A stretch of 61,203 bases of DNA, filler included, from Rhabdomonas costata (GCA_019059605.1; 18 parts of 18 records of this genome joined end to end with filler, not necessarily neighbours in it), one strand, 5' to 3'. Shown: positions 48,116 to 59,665, counted from the first letter of the whole stretch. Numbers and translations: made by a program. The notes: generated from the sequence alone by a model not told the origin.

Positions 48116-50442
48116 GTGGACTACGGGGCTCTTCTGCGGGAGCAGGACGCCCTGGAAACTCGCCGCCGTGCCTCGGAGCAGAAGTACCGGCGCCTCCTCG
48201 CACAGTACGAGCGGGTTCAGGCCACGGCGCATGAGGCCTTCGAGGAGGCCACCCAGCTCAGCCAGGGCTCCGTGTTCTCGACCTTCCTCCGCAGCACTGC
48301 TGCAAGCTCCCCCCAGGTGAACGTGGGGCTGGATCTATGAGAACCCTCCTGCGGGTATCCATCCCATTGTACAGTTGTTGCGCACGCTCTGTACTGCTGA
48401 ATGTGGTGTGTGACTCATGTGCGGCAGGTGTGGTGTGTGTCCGCGGCATGTGTGCTCTGTACAGTGTTTTGTTGGGTGGGTTGACAAAATACACTGGTGT
48501 CTCAGGCTGAGTGAAGGAACGGCCTGCCTTCCGGCGATGGTTGACGTTCGCCTTTCTCTTCTTTGCCTCTCTCTTTGGTGGTGTGGTGCGCCTTCAACCC
48601 TGAAAGGGGGCGGGCCCTTGTACTTTTTTGTCTTCCAATGAAAAGAAATTGCAGCTCAAATTAATTAGCTGTTTCTCTTTCTGTGCTGAGTGCCATTTTT
48701 TTTTGGGGGGGGGGGGTTAGGCACAGAGACGGCTGAAAGTAGAAAGGCAGAAAGCAATGACCCAAAAGATGGATGAAATGAAAATTTGGTCCCAGCACAC
48801 AACTGAACAACCTTAACCGGTGCCGATAAATATCCCCCCCCCCGCACTGTGCTAATTCTTTCGGACACACTTGAAAGTTCACCTTCTCCACAGCAATGCA
48901 GCCCCTGGGAACCTATGGCGTATGGGCCCCAACTTGTGTCGTGTTCACGTTCACCACGTTCACTTCACGTTGAGTTATGCACTCATTCAGCAATGCTGTA
49001 AGTTTTCCCCCTTGAGCGACTACCATGGAGAATAAATATGGGTCCAGCCTGCTCGGCATTGTGGAGTCCGCGGCCCGCATCTCCACCGTTGTGGAGCAGA
49101 CCCTTCACGCAACTAAATCGAGGGCAGCCACGCGGTCCGTACCCTCAGTTTCTGCGAAGCCTTGCTCAGTGGGAACCGCTAGCGAGAGCCCTCGCCAGCG
49201 CAAACGCAAGCGCGCCGTCGAACCCCAGGCGTCCCCTTCTCTTGGATTGATGGTAAGTGTGGAGGTCACTCCGAGAAAGCTTCTGTTATGGCTGCTGCAG
49301 AAGCACGCGTATCCTACGCTGAAGAATGTGATGATCTCCAGGAAGCTGCACGACGTCTGGGCGCAGTTCAGTTCAACGGAGGACGCCGCTGCTGCAGTTG
49401 CGAAGGGAAAGGTCGGCGGATCTTCTCCCTTCCCTTCCCCTCTCCTTCTTTTGTGCAGACCTTGCGATGTCTTGTTGGCTCGTTTGGGGAATGTCGGATG
49501 TCACCAGGCCTCCTCCGCTTTCTGCGGGGGCGTGGCTTGACACGAAGTTGAGAGATATCCCCATTATTGATGAAGAAAGGAACTAGACATCAGGTATTGG
49601 CTTTCCCATCAGCATGTTGCGTAATGCATAGGATGATTCAAATAGCTTCGTCTTTCTGTTCTGTTCCTGAAGATTTCCCGTTTCTCCAAAAATAAAATCA
49701 TGCGAAATCCATACCTAAAGCACAACGCAAACGGTTATCCGGCAATAAATGGAAACAGATGTCGAACGAAGCTGAAGTTATTGGAAGTTATTGCTACGGG
49801 TTCTTTTCACTCTTTGTCAAACAGCGGACTTCACGCAAGCCCTACTTTACGGGGTTACGGGCCTGAGTTCGCTTTCTAACTTTCCACTGAATCGAACAAC
49901 TTGTTTTTATCATGTGTCCTGTCTATGGCTTTCTGTATCCTCGTCGACCGTTGCCTCCGAAGTATGCAATGCCTCGCTCCAAGAAAAGCTCAGACAACGA
50001 TGCCATTTTGTGGGGTGAAAAATCGCCACGCCAGGTGACTTCTTGTCTTGTCTCCACAGATTTATTTTGGGCTGTTCTGCTTGTTCTTGCTGCCATACCT
50101 GTGTGGGCACACACACAGGTGTTCATTGCCGAGCAGCCCGTCCTCCTTGAACCCCGCCGCGACACTGAGCGGTCCGCACAGGGCTGTGTTGGGTACGTTG
50201 TGCTGCGTCCCAGAACGGTGCTGCGGCATGCCCTGCGCGAGGAGCTGTGTGCCCTCCAGTTGGTCGACGTGTGGGTCTCTCCTGCGGGTCGCGTTCGGCT
50301 TGTCGTTGGTTCCAATGAGGCGGCGGAAAGCCTGTGTGCCTCCGGATCGGTGGAGGTTCTGGGGCACAGCCTCACTGTGCGGAAGGACTCGGGGACCAGT
50401 GGTGCTGCTGCTACTGCCGCCGGTGGAAAGAGGCCCTCTTGA
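48116..50442 (+). CDS. Coiled-coil + basic NLS-like + two degenerate RRM-like domains; exons 48116-48316, ~49017-49411, 50119-50442
   Basis: RKRKR; VWAQFSSTEDAAAAVAKGK/VFIAEQPVLLE (RNP1-helix2-beta4 pattern), echoed by VRLVVGSNEAAESLC...VEVLGHSLTVR. The junction between the first two exons is unresolved. Confidence 0.55.
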
Positions 50443-52028
50443 GGCATTTTGCACCATCTCATTGCACCATTAACCGAAGATAATGACAAGGACACCTTTG
50501 TGCCGGAGTGATGCTTCTGTTTCGAACTGCATCCGTGGAGCTGGGGTGGGGGCAATCTGTGAGCGAGTGCCTCTGTTTGTTGGTACGAATTCTCAATATA
50601 AATATATGGCATACCCTTCCTTTTGTACTCCCCCCGTGCATGGCTCCCTAACCCGTGTAAATTGCGGGGGGGGATTCCCCCCCCCCGCAGATGTACCGCT
50701 GGGGAGCGTGCATGGCGACCTAACCCTGTGCAAATCTTCTATTATAAAGGGTCAACGTCCTCTAAATCTCTGGGGTAGCTGTGCCAAATATATACATAGC
50801 AGGCTCCGCAGTTTTTGTCACAAGGAATGTACTCAGGTTCTCGGTCTAAACGTTCCCAATATGATGCTGGATTGGGGCATGCGGCGGCTTCTACCCCGAA
50901 GAAAGTTCGTGCACCTTCAGCGCGCAACCCCTTTTGGGGGGGCACGTCTTTTTTGCCAAGCTTCACTGCCAACTGGGGGTCATGCACCTGTACACCCACC
51001 CCCCNNNNNNNNNNNNNNNNNNNNNNNNNNNNNNNNNNNNNNNNNNNNTTAATTAATTAANNNNNNNNNNNNNNNNNNNNNNNNNNNNNNNNNNNNNNNN
51101 NNNNGGTGTTGGGGGGTGGATGGAATTTTCATTAGGTGGTGTTTCTCTCCCGATCGCCCGCGATTCTTCGAGAACGGTGAGTTGAGTACTCTCTGAGATG
51201 GAGGTTGTCACAGCTGGCATAGCTGCAGTCTCGTAGCGCCGCGTACCTTCCGGGGTAGCACCAGGTCCCATGTACCAGTGACAGCGCAGTCACGGCGTGC
51301 CCTTGCGTGGTTGTTTCGTAGCAGTTCAGGTGTATGATAAGAGTGGTTTGGCATCCTCCCCGCTCGGCTCTGGGGCCCTCTTCCAATGTTTTTTTTTGGG
51401 GGGGGGCACATCTCCCCTGTGAATTCTACAGAAGACTTGCAGGGGGCTCAACAACAATGCAAGTGTCCCCTCGGATTCGAATTGAAGGTTCTGCAGGGCG
51501 TTAGCAGGCGATGCCCCTTGTGATTCGAATCGAGTGAGCACAGCGGTCCAAGACCCCCGGGTGCTTTTAAAAGTTTCAAATAAATCCTGGAGGATAAAGA
51601 CTGTCGCTCGAAATTTAGATGAGGCTCGTTCAGAACATCATAAACATCATCATCATCGTCATTATCATCATAGGGTATGTCCGAACAAGCGGGGTGCCAA
51701 CCCGCAATGGTTCTTTCCACGAAGAGACAGAGCATTGTTTTAATGTCTGTAAAAGGTAGTGCGGTGTTGTATTGAGTGTGCGCACCTTCTCAATGGTGCT
51801 GTTCCTTTTCTGCATTATTTGATCATCGGGATACGTAGCCTGGCGGGAGCGTTGGAGTGCATCTATGTCTTAGCGTGGCAATACATACTAGGGGAATTTT
51901 TGCGTTTCTCCCATTGTTCTGGTCGTCCCCGTCCTTGCCGAGGCACTCCGGTTCGTCTGTCGGATCGAACTGGACATGGCCATGGCCATACCCCTTGCCA
52001 CCCCCATCTATTTATCCCTCCACCAAAG

Positions 52029-54003
52029 GGCCTTCTTTGTCTCTCCGATGCAACTCTGTGAGCTCTGTGGAAGCCCTCTGCTGCCCCGAGCGGGGGGAGC
52101 CCCTCAGCTCCCCGCCGCACCCTCCATGGTTCGCGCCGCGGTGGTCTTCCCCTGCCTGCACGCCTTCCACGGCAGGCGTGTCTCTCTCCGTGTGTGTGTG
52201 AGTGAGCCAACATCTCAATTTTCGGTCCATTGGTGTCAATCTTGCGCTGTGAGGCAGCTTAAGTCCCCAGCGAGGCTCCAGCTGGCTCCCCCCCCTCCAG
52301 TTTGCACAGGGTAAGTCGTGGTTGGGGGCGGGTCAAAGTGGACTTCATCATCACTCCTGAGCGAGGTCAGTGTGGTGGACCTTGAATATGATTTAGAGTG
52401 CGTGGCTGTATCGCACCTTCTCCCTGTTACCAATTTCGTTGTGTGCGTGCACACGCGTGCCCATTCAATCAATGACGATTTCGAGGCCTCCCGCATCCAG
52501 GCAGACGAGTCGCACATGTCCCTGAGCCGTTAATAGGAGAAATCGGTTCAGGATTTTGTCCGCACGCTGTGTGCGTGTGTTTGCACCCCGCACCGTGCTT
52601 TATTTCAACCCACACCCCAGGCACCCCAGCCTTATGCGAGTGTGCACCATGTGCGTAGTCTGGGTGTGAATAACGGGGCACTTGTTGTGTTGGGTGTAAT
52701 GGGGGACTTTGCCTGCCGATGGGTAGTTCTACCTAACTCCTATACTTTGCAACATTGCCTTGCGTTTATCTTTCATGTTCTTTCTGTCTGTCCCGCTGCT
52801 TGTGCTTGTCGTGATTACTATGGTGTGTAGCCTCCACCCATCACACCCTACCTGCTCCCTGCCCCCTCGATGCACCCCATCCCCTCGAAAAGTCGCGCAC
52901 CCTTTCGCCATAAACATTTGTGGGTGGATTTTAGAGGCCCGTCTCTCTTCCCTTGTAGCTCTGATTTGTCCACAGGGTGGGGCTGAGTTGAAAGGTGAAT
53001 TGAATTGAACTGATTTGAACTTTGCTCGTTGATCTGGTCACGTTCACCACGTTCAACAGTCCACAAATACCTTTGACCTGTCCACATGGAACTTTGAACT
53101 TCCCTGCGCCCCTTACTGCTTTGCCCAGGTGCTTGTTCTCACGACTGAAGGCCATCGCTCCCGAGGCCCTGCGGCGGCACTTGCACGCCTTGGAGGACAA
53201 GTGCGGGGGCTTCCCAAGCAGCCCCGAGGTCCCTCCGAGCACCACCCCCACCTCCACGGTGGCCTCGGTTAGGGAAAAGCTGGAGCTCTCTTGGCGCGGG
53301 GCAGTGGGAGCGGTAGGGGGCGGGAGTGGGCCCCCTGCCAGTCCGGCCAAGGTGCCTGCCTCGCCTGCGGTGGAGGGGGCTGCAGTACAGGTGAGCCCTC
53401 TGCTTCCTTCCGAGTACGCGTGATTGGCACCGACTTTTCAGGGTGTCTAGCTCTAGCGCCACCAGCCGTGCCGCTGTGCGTAACGCGTTTTTAAACGGAA
53501 TGGTGAATGCAGGGGCGTCGCTGTGCAGGGGCTTCTGATGTGTGTACGCCTCTTGAGCTGTTGACTCACATCTCCACCCGGACATGTTGCCGAGATATGC
53601 TTGTTGGGGGATGTTGGTTGCCACAGAAACCTGGATTGCCTGTTCTTCACCTCTAGCAGGCACAGCCCTGATTCACATTGGTCTCCGGAAGTTTCTGCCG
53701 TTAGTCGTCTGTCATCCATGAGATTTTCGCCATCGGTCGTCCGTTGACTCCACTAGTAACATAGCTAGCACTGCCGTCCAAATGTATCCATTTGAGAGCG
53801 TGTTTCGGGGCTTTTTTGGCGGTATCGATGGTTCGGGAATGTCTTTTTGGGGGGGGGGCGGTCCTTATGTTTTCTGCTCTTCTCAAAAGGAGCTGCAGGC
53901 CCTGCTGGTGAAGGAGTGTGTGCTGTGCTCCGCATTGGTGATCAATACGATTGACAAGCCCCTCGCCTCGAACGCCGCAGAGGCATTGACGTGGAGGCTT
54001 TGA
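52029..54003 (+). CDS. VPS18: Vacuolar protein sorting 18 (Pep3) C-terminal RING region; exons 52029-52175, 53129-53390, 53890-54003
   Basis: CELCGSPLL...VFPCLHAFHG/RCL...ELQALLVKECVLCSALVINTIDKPL...W* follows the Vps18 split RING-H2 and its xIDKP..W tail. Confidence 0.85.
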
Positions 54004-54960
54004 CACGTTGCCGCGCCCCCCTCCCTGCCCGAGGCTGCTCGCCGTGCCAAGCTTTGCTGTTCTTGCCGTTGCCGCTGTGCTTGTGAGATAACGTGTGACT
54101 TGACGATTGTACTCTGTGAAACCCGGATACGCTCGTGCGGTGAATTCTGGCCAGCAATGGACTTGCACAGGTTTCCCTTCGTTTTCAAAGCAATGCTCAG
54201 CTTCACCGCTGAAGCCGAAGGTTAGATAAATTGTGATGTACTTGCACCCATTCACTAGCACACATGCCGTGGATATCGTTAGTTCACAAGCACCAAGCGG
54301 GCAACCAACCAGTTAAGCTAAGCCCTGCACTGTTTGCTGGGGTGGTTAGGGTTCACTGGCGCCGGTCCATCGCGGAGCTGTTCTGTAGTTTTCGCCCCCA
54401 CCCCCNNNNNNNNNNNNNNNNNNNNNNNNNNNNNNNNNNNNNNNNNNNNTTAATTAATTAANNNNNNNNNNNNNNNNNNNNNNNNNNNNNNNNNNNNNNN
54501 NNNNNTGTGTTGTGGTGTAGCCTGCTATGCGTTAGTCCGTAACGATTTTGCGGTATGTGACCCCTCACTTGCTTTCAGCATGGACCCGTGAAATTTGAAC
54601 AGAAAGCAAAGAAAAGTGAAGTCGATACGCTACTGCTGAGCTTTGAACGTCGCGTTGCTCGTTGCATTGCGAACCAGGATAGAAAAACATTTATGGAAAA
54701 GTGCCGTTGGGTCCACAATGCATACCTAGTTACACCCCGAAATCGAGAATTAGTACGTAACGTTTCGAACTGAAGTCTTTTTGGCGTGTTTTTATGCCGC
54801 TGGGCTTGGGTAGCATATGTTGTCTCTTGGTAAATATGCAAGGTTGTAAACTCTCGCTTTACGGTGCAGCTTTGATCACACAGCGGAACAAAACCATGGC
54901 AGCCTACACCACCCTGGGGAGCTCGACTCGAGCAGCACCCAAATTCGGGCGGTCTTCCAG

Positions 54961-55001
54961 TGCGTGTGTGCGTATGTGTGCGTGTGTGTGCGTATGCGCA
55001 T
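54961..55001. repeat. ~40-bp uninterrupted alternating purine-pyrimidine tract
   Basis: tgcgtgtgtgcgtatgtgtgcgtgtgtgtgcgtatgcgcat. Confidence 0.9.
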
Positions 55002-55407
55002 CGCCTCCGTATGCTTGGTTTCCCTCAGCAAAGCAGTTGACTCTATGCAGGTCGCGTTGTGCCGCGGACCGGGCCAAGGTCCCGGGTACCGGATACTAAA
55101 ACGCTGGGCTACCTATTTTGACTTCTAATCGCATGGCGCTGATTCAGACCACCGCCCCTCACGCCACCCTCTCTGCTTTGCAATGACAGTAATCACGTTT
55201 CTTTCTAGAAGGGAAGCGGCTGTGCAGACCCGGTGCCGAAGCCGCTCATCCTCCCATTCTGCGTTGCCTACTGATTCGTTCTTTCCCTCGAATGGGGTCG
55301 CTACTGACCGAAGCAGACAAACACTTGCATACCTTTCAGACGAAATTGGAAAAAGACCATGCATGGTGAGTCCTGATCAATCGCGCTCAGCAGGAATCCA
55401 AGTGTAC

Positions 55408-55610
55408 CTGTGGTGGAGGCGGCGTTTCAACGCTGACGACATTATATGCGCCCTGGTCAAGCCTGATCGAATGGAACAGCGCATGGCAAGCCCCTCAGCC
55501 TTTTCCAGCATTCCCAGGACTTCCATGGGAAACTCGTACCATACTGAGTTCTTCGTTGTGCCTGCCTTTTTATTATCCCAGGTTTGTAAGTAGAGCGGCA
55601 ACGTGGCCAT
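55408..55610 (-). CDS. Probable exon, weakly WWE-domain-like
   Basis: MATLPLYLQTWDNKK...WYEFPMEVLGMLEKA ending at cag|gtacac, with W...W..F..EV...LE.A spacing. Confidence 0.3.
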
Positions 55611-55965
55611 AACCTCGTGGTTTCTATTTGGCAGCCATTGAAAGAACGTGTTCACGGACCGTCCGCCCACCTGCACGCCGGTGTGCCAGCAACGATTTTT
55701 GATGTTGTTATAGGTGCACTGCCCCCCCCCCCAAAAAAAAGGGCTTGGGTTAAGCGAAGAAGCGAAGATGGTATCGCTTAGAGGTGATGCTCATTTGCTC
55801 CCGGTCGGTATCACAAGTCCGCTTGTAGGACCCGCCTTGTGGTGGGGCGGGGAGGGTTTTTTCATTCCCTTCGTTCCAGAACGTTCTGTACTGCTGCAAC
55901 TTCCCACCCTTCAAACAATACGCTTTGCTGTTGTGGTGGGAACCCGCTTCCACGCTTGGACGCAG

Positions 55966-57440
55966 GGGAGCATCGCCAACCTTGTGCTTCCCTTGTTCGC
56001 GCTGCGTTTATGGTTGGGCTTGGCTTGGCCCGTTCAGTTGGGCAACCGCAGAGGCCGTTCGGTGGGCAGGTCTCCGACAATGCGGCCATGCAGAGCCAGG
56101 CCATTTCACAGCCGAACCCAGGGGTGACCCCGGAGGCATTTATGAAATACCTCCGCCTGATCAATTATAACCCTCGGAGGCCTCGTGTGTTTGTTCGCCC
56201 GCAACCCCATGTGAACACTTGTTTTAGAGCGGAAAACCTTCACCATTGGGTGATATGACGTCTTTGAAGATTGGACCTGCTCCCAGATGGTCAGAGTAGC
56301 ATTGGGAACTGGTATGTTGGCAGTGTGCCTCTCACGACCCTACACTTTGGGGGCCCAACACTAACCGGTGAGCGGAAGGAGGGGGGGGGGTAACGTGATA
56401 CAGAATTAATGTGCATTGTTAGCTCCTTTTATTTCGAGTTTGGTCGTTCTTTGTTTGCTCGAATCCGTGTTTTTTGAGTTTTTTTGGTGCTGGGCTTTGT
56501 ACGCATGCACCCTGGAGATAGGGCTGAGCCCGTGGTACAGCCGTAGGTGCCGCTGAGGCGGCATTACGTAGGGCGTAGTTTCAGTCCTTGTGTGTAGGAT
56601 GCACGTAAAGTGAAGCATGTTCGAAGAAACGTATTTAAAAAGGAGCAGTTTTTTTTTCGCGAAACCTTGATTTTGATATGTTGATGTTCACTTTATAAAT
56701 CCCGGTGGAACGGCGTAGAAAAGCATTGGATGAGGACATCCCTTTACGCGAAACTGCGGTTGTGCACCTCGTGCATGACGAGGTTAACCTTCCTTGCGTT
56801 GTCTCAACTTAACCCGACTCAAATTGCCCTACAGTGAATTGGTGAAAAGCAAAAGCCGTTCTTGCATGCCGATAAGAGTCGCACTCGAAACAATGGCTTG
56901 TGCAGCGTGCATCAGATTGACAACAAAAGAGGTTGTTGGCAGTTCGGCGTTTGTGAAAGTTTGTGAAGGTTGTCAAGAAATGAAACTTTGATGAAGGAAG
57001 TGCGGATGACGCTTTGCGCTGGAGGACTGACTTCCTGAGAGCAGCGTTTAGTTTTCACATGGCTGTGGTGTCATTGCATCCTCTCTCCCCTCCGCTCCCC
57101 CTCCGCACACAACCGCCCCTAGGCTTTAAGTCATATATACTGCGCCTTTCCACACTTATCAGCCAATCAGCTGCACCTTGGCAACGACTCCATTTTGATG
57201 GAGATCGCCCTGAGGCGGATGTCGAGCCTGCAGCAGTCCAACCAACAGTTCAACGTGGACATGGATATCGTGGTCTACTGGCATGACCAGGAGCTGGTGG
57301 ATGTTCAGAAATTTCTTGAGTAAACTGGGGTGAACCTGCTCAATGTCAGCGAGGATCCGGTTATTGACCTTGTAATGGCCATGCCCCACGTGGTGTGGTA
57401 TCCTAATCTGATCTTCCCAACGATCAAGCAGATCTCAAAG
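55966..57440 (+). CDS. Pentameric ligand-gated ion channel (Cys-loop/Pro-loop superfamily) extracellular domain, partial; exons ~55966-56184 and 57163-57440, in-frame TAA at 57321
   Basis: Hydrophobic signal-like stretch, FMKYLRLINYNPRRP/P, MEIALRRMSSLQQSNQQFNVDMDIVVYWHDQEL and VWYPNLIF. A phase-1 GT-AG intron (56185-57162) joins them in frame. Confidence 0.75.
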
Positions 57441-58089
57441 GTAGCCCTGTTCCTTTTCGGAGATGAAATCATGTCGTCAGCCATCCATCCCGTTTTATGT
57501 TCTCAGCCTCTTCTGAATACTATTGGCAAATTATTAAAAAAAAATATTGAACTAAGGTAGGACCATGAAATCTGTGAAGCTTTCTGTCGCAGCATTGACC
57601 CTCTGGGGGAGGATAAAGGAGGGGGAGGATATATAATTATTTGCCTATTTTGAATCCTTTTTTTTTAATTTATATATAAAACAGCATATATATATACAAA
57701 CAAACAGCATGAGCGAGAACTTATTTCAAACGAGAGCTCATTGTAGCATTGTGACCAAAGACACACGGACAGGGTGAAAAACTTCCAGTTGGAAACCAAC
57801 AACCNNNNNNNNNNNNNNNNNNNNNNNNNNNNNNNNNNNNNNNNNNNNTTAATTAATTAANNNNNNNNNNNNNNNNNNNNNNNNNNNNNNNNNNNNNNNN
57901 NNNNGTGTGTGGGGTAATCAACTTCTGCTGATTGGTCCTTGGATGCCTTTTGGGCTTTAGAACCAACGCTCAATCGGCACTCAACCTTCTGCGGTCGCCC
58001 AGGGCTGAACTCTGCGTCGTTCGCCTCTCTTGGCTGACAAACGGCAGCCTTTGCCTCTCTGCTTGCATCTGCCCCTGGTCCGTCTATAC

Positions 58090-58783
58090 CTTTTTTGTCA
58101 CCTCTGAGCCGCTGGTGGTCTTCACCACGAACTCGGGCTCGGGCTGCACCATAACCCACGAGGTGCCGTCGTCTGTGGTGCCCTGAATCATCCCCTCCTC
58201 CACGGCCATCTTCGAGGCAAGGGCGGAGACCTTCTCCAGCCACCCCTCGTACTCCGGGCTGTCCCGGGCGGGCATCGAATCCCGCTCTGGAACAGAAGAG
58301 GCGCGTGCCGGAACAGCCAAAGCTCTGATTCTTTGTAAAAAAAGAGCTGGGACCATGCCCACTGGATCAACAATGAGCCTTTGTCTGGAGGAATTCCCCA
58401 CCATCACCCGTAATACGTAGCCCTTGCACTTCCCCTTCAAAATTAATCTTTATCTTTTAATGGAACACCCTGCATTAACCCCAGCCCACACGTCACTTCT
58501 GGTATCGCAACGTAACCCTGATTTCCAACGAAAATGGTTGGAGTGATAGATGTTTTTTTTGTGATAGATGGTTGTGTCCTTTGAGTTTTACCCAGAATGT
58601 CCGCTCTTTGCTCTGCTGGGCTCCGCTGGGTTGCGGGCAGATGTTTCCAAAGGCGCTTTCGGCGCTCCTGGACAATGAGCATTTTCCCCCTAAGCATAGC
58701 AAGAGAGGTGCAGGAGGGATACCGGCCTCGCAGGCCTTCTCAAGAAGTTTCAGGAAGGCGTCATCTCTGACGTCTCCCGACAT
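58090..58783 (-). CDS. PIH1-domain protein (PIH1D1/Kintoun-like), 5' part; exons 58783-58723, 58286-58102/58090
   Basis: WVMVQPEPEFVVKT matches the PIH1-N opening V.P.PGF.VKT. Phase-1 GT-AG intron. Confidence 0.7.
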
Positions 58784-59281
58784 CCCCACTGAACGTCACC
58801 GCACCCCCACCTCTGGGATTCACACAGAGCGACCTTTGGAATCCAACCTTTTGGGAAAACTACATGAAAGACAGAAAGCCCTGTTGTGGGGAGAGAGACA
58901 AGGGAAAATCCCAAGGTGAGTGCAATGCACAGAACCCTCGATTCTGGAGCTGTTCCGCTCTACATAGGAGCAATGTCGTGTACCTGGTGTTTTAACGTCT
59001 GGTTCACAAAAAAAAACAGCTCCACCTTCCGACGGGAAACGTTTAGGATCAAGCGCAATTAAATGTGGCCTCATCTCTGCACAAACACCCTAATTTTCTC
59101 AAGGGACAGATCCTCTTTCTTCCTTTAAAATAACACAACTGCCAAGTTCGCTTGTTGACACCATTTTGCTTGGGGGCAATGAGATCATAAGTCAGACACA
59201 GCATTCGCCAGAACAGTTATCACCGTGCAGAACCAAATGTGCCTTTACCGGTCCTTCACACTGTAGCGGGAAAGGGAAGGA

Positions 59282-59665
59282 CTATTTGGAGGATTGGCCC
59301 CCGTCCAACAGCATCTTCGGAATCCCCCCGTTGATCGGGAACGTCGTGTGGGTCTCCGGGCACTCCAGGGTGCCCTCCAAAACCTTCACCTCATTTAGGA
59401 GTCGGTGCAAGGTGCGCAGCAGCCCAGGCTCCGCCGTGGCGGGGTTGGGGACGGAGGCTGGGAGAGGGGGAAGGTCGGCCAGGAAGCTGCAGGCCTGCAG
59501 GTCCGCCACTACGGAGAGAAGCCCAGCCCACTCCAGTTTGGTCAGGAGCCGCCTCACGAACTCCTCCTCGAAGGGTGAGCTGAGCTCTTGGATGGACTCG
59601 GCGCGGAGTTTCAGGGGGTACCCTCCGTTCGGTCCGCACAACAGGTTGTGCGTCAGCAGCCGCAT
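59282..59665 (-). CDS. TRM112: Methyltransferase activator subunit Trm112, intronless, 127 aa
   Basis: MRLLTHNLL...YPL...FVRRLLTKLEW...LHRLLNEV.V.EGTL.CPET...FPI.GGIP.ML. Confidence 0.96.
   Translation of the reverse strand: MRLLTHNLLCGPNGGYPLKLRAESIQELSSPFEEEFVRRLLTKLEWAGLLSVVADLQACSFLADLPPLPASVPNPATAEPGLLRTLHRLLNEVKVLEGTLECPETHTTFPINGGIPKMLLDGGQSSK

Noticed and set aside
51636-51672. Poly-Asp/His/Met ORFs
   Set aside because: Degenerate (CAT)n microsatellite.
55125-55676. Two same-frame ORFs separated by one TGA (selenocysteine or read-through?)
   Set aside because: A good donor (cag|gtacac) at 55407 places the TGA in an intron, and the downstream ORF has no recognisable similarity.
20568-57440. 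ART + dsRBD/Z-alpha + WWE-like + channel as one clustered defence system
   Set aside because: The ART genes, the dsRBD/Z-alpha gene and the channel/WWE-like pair lie on different size-sorted contigs, so co-occurrence in the window carries no linkage information.
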